From contig CAZEJO010000002.1 in assembly GCA_964512285.1 (NCBI GenBank), positions 32,392-96,391 of the forward strand: 64,000 nt of DNA, in the 5' to 3' direction. Shown here piece after piece: positions 9,413 through 17,498 of this stretch. The notes beneath the pieces are model-generated. The model was given only the letters and a program-made list of their open reading frames with translations, did no database searches and had not been told where the DNA came from. Source of the stretch: an uncultured Dehalococcoidia bacterium. Its GTDB lineage: Bacteria; Chloroflexota; Dehalococcoidia; SM23-28-2. The translations under genes were made by a program, and so were the position numbers. Within the stretch, counting starts at the first letter, position 1. Every line of letters starts with the position of its first letter.

Positions 9413-10222
9413 GTGCGAGCAGTGTCTGTGGCTGCGCCGCGCCGTTTCGATCTGTCCCAGCTGGCCCGCACCTGGGAGCTGTTGCTGCTCCTGACGGTGC
9501 GGGATGTGAAGCTGCGCTACGAGGGCACCATCCTGGGCTTCCTGTGGACCCTTGCCAAGCCCCTACTCCTAGCGCTGGTCTTCTCCTTCGCCCTGAGCCG
9601 CGTGCTGAGGATAGACGTGGGAGATGCTCCCTACGTCCTGTTCCTGCTGTCAGCTCTGTTCCCCTGGACCTGGTTCCAATCCTCGATCCAGTTCTCCGCC
9701 GGCTCCTTCTCCAATAACGCTGCCCTGCTCAAGAAAGTCTACTTCCCCCGTTTCGTCTTGCCTTTCTCGGCCGTTACCAGCCAGCTTATTCACTTCCTCC
9801 TCTCGATTCCGATACTGGCGCTGCTTCTTTTGGCTGCGGGTTATCGCCCCGGCCCGGAGTGGCTGCTCGGCGTGCCCGTGCTCATGGCCATCCAGCTTCT
9901 GATGCTAGCTGGAGCCGTCCTGTTGGTGGCCTCCTTCAACGTCTTCCTGCGCGACCTGGAGCACTTGGTGGAGGTCCTGATGCTCCTATGGTTGTACGTC
10001 ACCCCTATTCTGTACCCGCTCTCCCTGGTGAAGGAGAGGGTCGGGGCAATCATATATCTCAACCCGATGGCCTCGCTCATTCAGGCCTGGCGGGACCTGT
10101 TTCTGTACGACCAGCTTCCCGGCGTCGACATCTGGCCGGCCCTGGTGTTCGCCGTCATCGCTTTAGTGGCCGGCAGCATCGCATTCAAGACTCTCGAGGG
10201 ACAGTTTGAAATCGTCCTATAA
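9413..10222 (+). CDS. wzm: ABC-2 type polysaccharide export permease (Wzm/TagG/KpsM family).
   Basis: LLLLTVRDVKLRYEGTILGFLWTLAKPLL signature; 6 predicted TM helices; GTG start; followed by an overlapping ATPase gene. Confidence 0.8.
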   Translation: MRAVSVAAPRRFDLSQLARTWELLLLLTVRDVKLRYEGTILGFLWTLAKPLLLALVFSFALSRVLRIDVGDAPYVLFLLSALFPWTWFQSSIQFSAGSFSNNAALLKKVYFPRFVLPFSAVTSQLIHFLLSIPILALLLLAAGYRPGPEWLLGVPVLMAIQLLMLAGAVLLVASFNVFLRDLEHLVEVLMLLWLYVTPILYPLSLVKERVGAIIYLNPMASLIQAWRDLFLYDQLPGVDIWPALVFAVIALVAGSIAFKTLEGQFEIVL

Positions 10223-11003
10223 CGGACAAGCGGTCATCATCCTGGAGAACGTTTCCAAGCGCTACTTCCTCCACCCGCACCGCGTGAGGGAGTTGAAAAG
10301 GGCCATTTTGCATCTGCCGACCTTCTTGAAGACCAATCGGGCCAGGCAGCCCTTCTGGGCGCTCAGAGATGTCTCTCTTACCATCCGCCGGGGCGAGAGT
10401 GTGGGGATCATCGGCCCCAACGGCGCCGGCAAGAGCACCCTGCTGCGGATCGTCTCCCGCCTTGCGCCTCTAACGAAGGGAAAGCTCTCGGTGCGGGGGC
10501 GCGTCTCGCCCCTACTAGAGCTCGGAGCGGGTTTCCATGCTCAGATCAGCGGACGGGATAATGCCGTGCTCAACGCCGTTCTCCTGGGCCTGTCACGTAA
10601 GGAGGCCCAGGAGAAACTGCCGGAGATAGTGGAGTTCTCGGAGCTGGGGAATTTCATCGACCAGCCCATGCGCACCTACTCGTCCGGAATGTACGTGCGC
10701 CTTGGCTTCGCCGTGGCCGTCCACGTCAAGCCGGAGATCCTGCTCGTCGACGAAGTGCTAGCGGTGGGCGACGCTGACTTCCAGCGCAAGTGCTTCGACC
10801 ACATCGAGAAGCTGCGCCAGAGCAAGGCCACCATCGTCCTGGTGAGCCACGACCTGGAGAACGTGAAGCGATTCTGCGACCGGGCTGTCCTCCTCAACCA
10901 CGGGGCCATCGCCGCCGAGGGGGAGCCGCAGGAGGTGGTGGACGAATACCTGTCGAGCCACTTCGAGTTCTCAGCAGGAGCACAGGAAGCCGGCGATGAG
11001 TGA
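10206..11003 (+). CDS. wzt: Polysaccharide ABC exporter ATP-binding protein (Wzt/TagH), short form without a C-terminal carbohydrate-binding domain.
   Basis: Walker A GPNGAGKST, ABC signature YSSGM, Walker B LLVDEVLAVGD; only 265 aa. Confidence 0.85.
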   Translation: MKSSYNGQAVIILENVSKRYFLHPHRVRELKRAILHLPTFLKTNRARQPFWALRDVSLTIRRGESVGIIGPNGAGKSTLLRIVSRLAPLTKGKLSVRGRVSPLLELGAGFHAQISGRDNAVLNAVLLGLSRKEAQEKLPEIVEFSELGNFIDQPMRTYSSGMYVRLGFAVAVHVKPEILLVDEVLAVGDADFQRKCFDHIEKLRQSKATIVLVSHDLENVKRFCDRAVLLNHGAIAAEGEPQEVVDEYLSSHFEFSAGAQEAGDE

Positions 11004-12090
11004 AGTAGAACTACCCGACGCTGGTGAGCGGATGATACCCGCTTTCCACCACGAAGCCGTGGTCTATGCCGAACATATTGTCCGTTATCTGTTCGCTACT
11101 CGATTCGTCAGAGGCAAGCGAGTCCTGGATGTGGCCAGCGGAGTTGGCTACGGAGCCGATCTCCTGAGGTCGGCTGGGGCAGCCGAGGTTGTGGCCATAG
11201 ATCGGTCGCCGGAAGCAATGAAATACGGGCAGAAGCACCATTCCAAGTTCCAACCAGCCTACGTGGTGGGAGATGTCGAATCGCTACCTGTTCGGAGTAG
11301 CCAATTTGACGTCGTCGTATCCTTTGAGACAATCGAGCACGTCCCTGATTATCAGCGTTTCTTGGCCGAAGTGAAACGCGCTCTGCGCCAGGACGGCCTG
11401 TGCATCGTTTCCACTCCCAATAGAGACGTCTACGTGGAGGGAAACCCGTTTCATACAAAGGAGTTCACGTTCGCCGAGTTTGAGCAAGCGCTGGCGAGCC
11501 ATTTCCGATATGTGGAGACCTTCACGCAAGATGACTGGATAGCGAGCGCTGTCTTCTTTCCCGAAGAGATGGAAGGAGCCGATAAACCGTTGGGGAGGCA
11601 GCCAAGTCTCTTCAAGGCTGTTGGCAAATCGCCATCAGAAACGCTATACATGGTGAGTCTTTGCTCTGACGTGCCCTTACCCGAGGCCGGCCAAGAAGTG
11701 GTGCTGACGAGTCTCTATGAGATGCGTTACTATCTTCAAGAGATCGCTCAACGTGATGCGGAGATCGAAAGGCTCAAGGCCGATCTATCTGAGCGGGTGG
11801 CTATGCTAGCCCAGCGCGACGCTGACCTCGCCGAACGTGACGCGTCACTGGTGGAAAAGGACGCCACCATCAGGGAGTTGAGGGAAGCCTACCAGGACAT
11901 CTGGCGACAAATGGGAGCTCTTCAACGGTCCTTCGGCTATCGCCTCTTGGCGGGATACCGGCGGGCGATACGCCGGCTGTTCCCGCCGGACTCACTGAGG
12001 GGCCGTACGTATCGAAGGTCCGTACAAGGGTTGGAAGCCATTGTGCATCAACTCGCATATCTGCCCCGCCCACGGAGGCCACAGCGGTAG
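10996..12090 (+). CDS. Class I SAM-dependent methyltransferase with a C-terminal coiled coil and basic tail (candidate glycan chain-terminating methyltransferase, WbdD-like logic).
   Basis: Motif I VLDVASGVGYGADLL. Residues ~245-300 form a heptad-like repeat (AQRDAEIERLKADLSERVAMLAQRDADLAERDASLVEKDATIRELREAYQD). Arg-rich C-terminus. Start overlaps the wzt stop. Confidence 0.7.
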   Translation: MSEVELPDAGERMIPAFHHEAVVYAEHIVRYLFATRFVRGKRVLDVASGVGYGADLLRSAGAAEVVAIDRSPEAMKYGQKHHSKFQPAYVVGDVESLPVRSSQFDVVVSFETIEHVPDYQRFLAEVKRALRQDGLCIVSTPNRDVYVEGNPFHTKEFTFAEFEQALASHFRYVETFTQDDWIASAVFFPEEMEGADKPLGRQPSLFKAVGKSPSETLYMVSLCSDVPLPEAGQEVVLTSLYEMRYYLQEIAQRDAEIERLKADLSERVAMLAQRDADLAERDASLVEKDATIRELREAYQDIWRQMGALQRSFGYRLLAGYRRAIRRLFPPDSLRGRTYRRSVQGLEAIVHQLAYLPRPRRPQR

Positions 12091-12101
12091 CCTAGGGGGA
12101 T

Positions 12102-14360
12102 ATGTCTATGCCTCAGAAGCCGGCGACGAACTCCCAGGCCCCTAAAGGCCAGCCGAGAACAGATTCCCGCGATGTGAGTCGCGCGGAACTGACCCGGCTT
12201 CGACGAGGGGTGCGGCTTAGGCAAGAAGAGATCGAGAGCCTGCGGCGCCGCCTAAAAGACGTCGAGAGCTCGACGAGCTGGCGGCTGGTCCAGAGCATGC
12301 GGTCGTTGGTTTGGTTTTTCGCGCCCCCGGGTAGCCTCCGCTATCGGTTAGCGATCCGAGCAGTGCGATGGGCGTATTCGGCTCTGAGTACCCCGCCCAG
12401 CAGGCTAGTGAAGCAGCCGCTGCGCTGGGCAACGCGAGTAGTACGCGGCCGTCCAGCGCCTCAGCCGGAGGAATCGGTCTTCGTGGCACCGCGGGTGCAG
12501 AAGCTACGAGTAGGCTGCTACGGCGAGCATTCCTGGTCAGTGGGAGGAGGCGCGGTGCACGTGCTGAAGTTCCTGCTGGCCCTCTCCGACTTCTACGACG
12601 TGGACCTGCTGCTTCCTCCTGGGACACCTCTGCGAGACAAGCGATGGTACCGGCAGAATTTGAACATCGATATCGGAAACGTTGAGGTTAAGAGGTACAC
12701 TGCGGGCGCGGAGGACAACTACGATATCTGGTTCTCGGCAGCCAATGAGAGCATCGTGCTTGCCAGAACGCCGAAAAGCTTCAACATAGTGTTCTTCCCC
12801 TTCGTCGCTCAGGATGGTAGCGGCATCACGCACATCGCCAACAGCAATTACACCGCTTCCCACGTTAGAGAGCGTTACGGAACTCAGGACGTGATGGTGA
12901 TCTACCCCTCCATCGCTCCTGACGAGCTACCCCCCGGCATAAAGGAGCCCATGATCCTGCACGTCAGCCGTTTCACGCTCCCTTCCGCGTTTGCAGACAA
13001 GGCTCATCTAGCGATGATCCAGGCGTTTAAGCGGTTGTGTAGTCGAGGGTTCGAAGGATGGCGACTGGTTCTCGTGGGAGCTACTCTGGATGAGGGCGAG
13101 GCAGTATACGCTTCCCATCTTGCCCGCCATGCCGGCGGCTTTCCCATCGACATCAGGCCCAACCTATCGGCCGCAGAGCTACGTGACTTGTATTCGAGGG
13201 CTTCGATCTACTGGCATGCCACGGGATTGTCGCTGTCGGAACCGGCGGCTCAGGAACACTTCGGGCTGACTATTCTAGAGGGGATGGCTGCCGGAGCGGT
13301 CCCGATCGTCTTCAACTCCGGAGGACCGCCGGAGATTGTGACCCACGGAGAGCATGGTTTTCTCTTCAATTCAGTTGAGGAGCTTGTGAACCTAACGTGG
13401 GAAGTGGCGACCCAACCTGCCCTCTGGAAGAAGCTCTCTCAACGGGCCAACCGACGCTCCTACGACTTCAGCGATGAGGTGATGAAGGACAAGTTGCTAT
13501 CCACGGTAGCCAAGTCGGAAAAAGTATCCGTTATTATCGGTACTCACAACAATTGCCAATATTTGAGGGGGACACTAGACACTCTCTTTCGCCACACGCC
13601 ACCTGGATTTGAGCTCATCATAGTGAACAACGCTAGTGACGATGGAACGAACATCCTTCTGCAATCTCTCAACTATCCCCACCTGAAGATAATCAACAAC
13701 AAGGCAAATCGTGGCTTTGCCGCATTCAATAATCAGGGCCTGCGCCTCGCCACAAGGCCATACGTTCTCTTCCTCAACGACGATGTGGAGCTTACGCCGG
13801 GGTGGCTGGAGCCATTGATTGAGATGCTAGACCTGCACCCCAAAGTTGGTGCTGTGGGGTCACGTCTCCTGTACCCAGATGGTCGGGTTCAGCATGATGG
13901 GAAGATGTTTCTCGCAAAGGACCGCCTGCCCTACCATGTCAACATCGGTGGACGCCCTGGCGAGGACGAAAGACCGGTGGAGGTCGATACGCTGACGGCG
14001 GCTTGCCTCCTTGGACGCAGAGAACTGGTCGGGTTCTCCGAGGACTACCGGCGCGGATACTATGAGGATACCGACATGTGCCTCCGGATCAAAGAGCAAG
14101 GGTATGGCTTGGTCCTACATCGTGGAAGCGTTGTCATACACTACCACGGGATATCGATGGGCAAGAATCAGAGCGCCACAGAACGGGCTCAGGCCAGGAA
14201 CCAACGCCTCTTTTTGAAGCAATGGTCTGCCAAATTCCCGTCGTTAGTCTACATGGCTACGGAAAAGGAGCTTGCCAGCGGCAAGGTGCGCAGCCGGCGG
14301 ATACTGCCCGCTGATGTTTTCTCTCAGAGCTGGCCACTGTCCCACCGCTTGGGGCGCTGA
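12102..14360 (+). CDS. Multidomain glycosyltransferase: N-terminal coiled coil + GT4 + GT2 (candidate polymerase of the ABC-transporter pathway).
   Basis: aa 25-60 coiled coil (RAELTRLRRGVRLRQEEIESLRRRLKDVESS). GT4 motif EHFGLTILEGMAAGAVPIVFNSGGPPEIV. GT2 motif VSVIIGTHNNCQYL...LIIVNNASDDGT...DDVELTPGW. Confidence 0.75.
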   Translation: MSMPQKPATNSQAPKGQPRTDSRDVSRAELTRLRRGVRLRQEEIESLRRRLKDVESSTSWRLVQSMRSLVWFFAPPGSLRYRLAIRAVRWAYSALSTPPSRLVKQPLRWATRVVRGRPAPQPEESVFVAPRVQKLRVGCYGEHSWSVGGGAVHVLKFLLALSDFYDVDLLLPPGTPLRDKRWYRQNLNIDIGNVEVKRYTAGAEDNYDIWFSAANESIVLARTPKSFNIVFFPFVAQDGSGITHIANSNYTASHVRERYGTQDVMVIYPSIAPDELPPGIKEPMILHVSRFTLPSAFADKAHLAMIQAFKRLCSRGFEGWRLVLVGATLDEGEAVYASHLARHAGGFPIDIRPNLSAAELRDLYSRASIYWHATGLSLSEPAAQEHFGLTILEGMAAGAVPIVFNSGGPPEIVTHGEHGFLFNSVEELVNLTWEVATQPALWKKLSQRANRRSYDFSDEVMKDKLLSTVAKSEKVSVIIGTHNNCQYLRGTLDTLFRHTPPGFELIIVNNASDDGTNILLQSLNYPHLKIINNKANRGFAAFNNQGLRLATRPYVLFLNDDVELTPGWLEPLIEMLDLHPKVGAVGSRLLYPDGRVQHDGKMFLAKDRLPYHVNIGGRPGEDERPVEVDTLTAACLLGRRELVGFSEDYRRGYYEDTDMCLRIKEQGYGLVLHRGSVVIHYHGISMGKNQSATERAQARNQRLFLKQWSAKFPSLVYMATEKELASGKVRSRRILPADVFSQSWPLSHRLGR

Positions 14361-14426
14361 GAAGGAGCGGCCACTGCCACGCCGACCGCAGCGGCGTTCG
14401 GTCGCCAGGATTGACGGGAGGGTAGC

Positions 14427-15707
14427 GTGAGGCTCTGCTTCCTCATGTACCACGGCAGCATGTACTCTGGCGGGCAGGGCATCTATCTTCATTACCTGAC
14501 CCGCGAACTGGCCCGCTTGGGCCACGAGGTGCACGTCATCGCCGGCCCTCCCTATCCCGTCATGGCCGAGGGTGTTCAGGTACACCCCCTGGAGAGCTTT
14601 AGCTGGCTCCGCTACCTGGAAGCGCGGCAGGAGTTCCTGGCCAGGTCCAACCCCCTGAAGTTCTTCTATCCGCTAAACCTGTTCGAGCTCACCACCACCC
14701 GCGTCGGCATCTTGCCCCTGATGTTCACCTTCAGCCTGCGGGCGGTGGCCAAGTTCCAGGAGCTGCACCGGCATGAGCCCTTCGACCTGGTTCACGACAA
14801 CCAGGGCCTGGGCATCGGCCTGTTGCTGATGAAGAGCTTCGGCGTGCCGATCGTGGCCACCATCCACCAGCCCTTGTCAGTAGACATGCGCAACGCAGTC
14901 GCCCAAGCTGAGGGTTCGCTCGAGAAGATCCGTCGCGCGGCCTACTACTACCCCCTCTTCATGCAGGAATTCGTCGCCCGCCGCCTGGACGAGATCATCA
15001 CCGTATCGGAGGCATCAGCCAGCATGGTGGAGCTCGCCTTCGGCATCCCTAGAGCACGGATGAAGGTGATCTACAACGGCATTGATACGGAGGTGTTCCG
15101 TCCCTTGAAGGTGTCGAAGGAGCGCAATAGCATTATCTACGTAGGCAATTCGGAGGACCGCAACAAGGGCGCCGTCTATCTCCTCCAGGCGTTGCGCCAC
15201 CTACGCGACAGCACCGACTACCACCTGACCCTTGTCGATCGGCCGCGCCAGGAGCTGAAGCTAGTTCCCCGCCTGTTGCGCCGCCACGACCTGAGCACTC
15301 GCGTTCGCTTCACCGGGCGCGTTACCACGCCCCAACTGGTGCGCCACTACTGCCGCGCTCAGATGAGTGTCTGCCCCTCCCTGTACGAAGGGTTTGGCCT
15401 GCCCGCCGCCGAGGCCATGGCCTGCGGCCTGCCGGTGGTAGCCACCTCCGGCGGGGCGCTGCCCGAGGTGGTAGAGGACGGCGTCACCGGCATCCTCGTG
15501 CCGCCAGCCGATGCCCGTGCCCTGGCCGAGGCCATGGACAACCTCATGAGAGACGCCCAACTGCGGCAGCGAATGGGGCAGGCGGGCAGGGAGAGGATCC
15601 TGGAGAAGTTCAGTTGGCGGAAGGCTGCTTTGCAGACCGAGGCCGTCTACCAGCAGGTGTGCCAGCCGAGTCCGGCTGCGGCGTCAAAGCCTGTAACCGC
15701 ATCGTAG
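14427..15707 (+). CDS. Glycosyltransferase family 4.
   Basis: EGFGLPAAEAMACGLPVVATSGGALPEVVEDGVTGILVPP. Confidence 0.8.
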   Translation: MRLCFLMYHGSMYSGGQGIYLHYLTRELARLGHEVHVIAGPPYPVMAEGVQVHPLESFSWLRYLEARQEFLARSNPLKFFYPLNLFELTTTRVGILPLMFTFSLRAVAKFQELHRHEPFDLVHDNQGLGIGLLLMKSFGVPIVATIHQPLSVDMRNAVAQAEGSLEKIRRAAYYYPLFMQEFVARRLDEIITVSEASASMVELAFGIPRARMKVIYNGIDTEVFRPLKVSKERNSIIYVGNSEDRNKGAVYLLQALRHLRDSTDYHLTLVDRPRQELKLVPRLLRRHDLSTRVRFTGRVTTPQLVRHYCRAQMSVCPSLYEGFGLPAAEAMACGLPVVATSGGALPEVVEDGVTGILVPPADARALAEAMDNLMRDAQLRQRMGQAGRERILEKFSWRKAALQTEAVYQQVCQPSPAAASKPVTAS

Positions 15708-15926
15708 CAAGGCTCCAGCCGATCCAGAAGGCCACCGAGAGAACCCCCAGGCTACCCACCAGAAGAGGGGCAGCCAGCGCCCAGTAGCTGCGCCTTCGCA
15801 CTCCCTCCAGCAAGGTGGCTGCGATAGCCAGAGTCGTCCCGCAGATGACGACCCCGTACAGGCGCGACCTGTCCGGCCTCGAACTTAGCCCTACCATCTC
15901 CGCCATAGCACCCTGAGATAGAAAAA

Positions 15927-15975
15927 GCTAGCGTCCCCAGTAGAACTCGAACCCACAATCGCCTGGTCCGAAGTA
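15927..15975 (-). pseudogene. Degenerate copy of the 3' half of tRNA-Arg (T-arm + acceptor 3' strand), with no matching 5' half.
   Basis: 49 bp are ~90% identical to 19741..19790 (ctagcgYccccRgYagRactcgaacccacaaYcgcctggtccgaag). The minus-strand sequence folds as a T-arm GTGGG/TTCGAGT/TCTAC plus TGGGGAC, but no complementary acceptor 5' strand is present upstream. Confidence 0.45.
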
Positions 15976-15977
15976 GG

Positions 15978-16011
15978 GTTGCTAACCAAATTGGCTAGCA
16001 GAATGTTAGCA
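15978..16011. repeat. Inverted repeat (8-bp perfect arms TTGCTAAC/GTTAGCAA, 18-nt loop) directly abutting the tRNA fragment.
   Basis: Read directly from the sequence: ttgctaac caaattggctagcagaat gttagcaa. Confidence 0.5.
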
Positions 16012-16246
16012 ACTTCAAGGCGAAATCGCAAGGCGAAAACCTACCACCGTCCCCTCCACGAGCCACTCGATGGCGTCTGGTTGCAGAGAGGGCAACCTAT
16101 CTCCTTTTGCGCTATACTTGGGGGAACGACGAGCGCAGCATGGTGCGCCCCTACAGCGTGGAGCCACCTGGAGCGGCTAGAGGGGGCCATCGGCGCCCAC
16201 GGCTCCGGCGAGACGCAGGAAGAATAGCAGGACCTGGGAGAAGACA

Positions 16247-17041
16247 ATGAAGCTGACATCCTTGTTACGCCGCGTCCGGAGAGCTACTCAGCGTCCTTCC
16301 GTGCATCCAGATTCCCCCTTGGACATCGACATCAAGGCCGAGGCCTCAAAACTGCACTGGTACCACTGCATCAAGCTCGCGCCGGGCTACACAACTCCGG
16401 GGATAGCAGGTTGGTCAGCGGATACATCCGGCTGGGAAAAGAAGTATCTGTTTCCCTCTGCCAAGGAGCTGCGCGGCAAATCTTTGCTGGACATCGGCAC
16501 CATGAACGGGTTCTTCGCCTTTGAAGCGGAGAGGAGAGGCGCCTCCCCTGTGGTGGCTATAGATCGGGATCCTCCCGGCTTCCCTGACGCGAGGGAGGCC
16601 TTCAATTTCGCCGCCCGAGCTCTCGAGTCCCGCGTCACCTATCGGGTACGCTCCGTCTACGACCTCGAACCCACAGATTCCGGCACGTTCGATTTCGTCC
16701 TAATGTACGGAGTCCTGTACCACTTGAAGTTCCCGTTGTATGGCCTGTACCGAGCGGCTAGCGTATGCCGTGACGTCTTTCTCCTCGAGACTCACGTCAC
16801 TTTGAAGGATGATTACTCAAGGCCGATGATGCTCTTCTACCCCGGCAATGAGCTTAACGACGAGCCGACAAACTGGTGGGGACCAAACACACGCTGCGTC
16901 GATGCCTTCGTGGAGCATCTGGGATTCCGCATTGAGAAGCGCCTCACTCATCAACAGGATGTCGCTGGCCTCGCGCCAGCTCGCTACACCGTGTGCTGTC
17001 GCCGTGTCCGGCCGACCCCTCCGCCCTTCAGCGAACTCTAG
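16247..17041 (+). CDS. Class I SAM-dependent methyltransferase-like protein.
   Basis: WYHCIKLAPGYTTPG...GKSLLDIGTMNGFFAFEA (glycine-rich motif I) ... FDFVLMYGVLYHLKFP. The last 9 codons lie inside a 135-bp repeat shared with the next gene. Confidence 0.5.
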   Translation: MKLTSLLRRVRRATQRPSVHPDSPLDIDIKAEASKLHWYHCIKLAPGYTTPGIAGWSADTSGWEKKYLFPSAKELRGKSLLDIGTMNGFFAFEAERRGASPVVAIDRDPPGFPDAREAFNFAARALESRVTYRVRSVYDLEPTDSGTFDFVLMYGVLYHLKFPLYGLYRAASVCRDVFLLETHVTLKDDYSRPMMLFYPGNELNDEPTNWWGPNTRCVDAFVEHLGFRIEKRLTHQQDVAGLAPARYTVCCRRVRPTPPPFSEL

Positions 17042-17150
17042 CGCCTATGGCGCGTCCTGGTCTAAGTGAGAAGGCATTCCTGAGATCGGGGTGGAGTTGC
17101 CAGCCCCAATCCTTAAGCAAAAAAGCCGCCTTGCGGCGGCAGCGGTAGGC
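17015..17150 (+). repeat. ~135-bp direct repeat, copy 1 (second copy at 19588..19727, ~95% identical).
   Basis: ccggccgacccctccgcccttcagcgaactctagcgcctatggcgcgtcctggtctaagtgagaaRgcaYtcctgagatcggggtggagYtgccagccccaatccttaagcaaWaaagccgccttgcggcggcag. Confidence 0.75.
17119..17140 (-). terminator. Rho-independent terminator-like hairpin oriented for the minus strand (GCCGCC-GCAA-GGCGGC + TTTTTT) inside repeat copy 1.
   Basis: Plus-strand aaaaaagccgccttgcggcggc. The T-run exists only on the minus strand. Confidence 0.45.
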
Positions 17151-17498
17151 AGCCAGACCTTAGTGTCGGCCCGCCAGACAGAGAAGGAGTGCCGTTGGCC
17201 ACGCTGAGGACCCCCGGCAGAGTCATGACGGCCAAAGCGGGCCCCTGGCTGGCGGTAGCTCTACTCTTCTCTGTGGCCGCCAGCGTCCAGCCCACGCTTG
17301 CCCTCATCGTCGCTCGCTGCAACGGGCGCGACACCGGCCGGCCCTGGTTGCCACCCCTGGTCGCCGCTGCTCTCAGGGAGTAAACTCTTGCCCGGTGACT
17401 CACCACAATCCCAATCCGCTTACACACTTAAGGCACCTCTTCCCCAGACGCAGAATCGATTGACATGGCGGGCGCCGGATGCCCTAATAAGCGTTGTT

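Noticed and set aside
15610-15906. 98-aa minus-strand ORF with two hydrophobic segments, overlapping the 3' end of the GT4 gene.
   Set aside because: It has a ~100-bp convergent overlap, no RBS or motif support, and abuts the tRNA fragment. Possibly real but unsupported.
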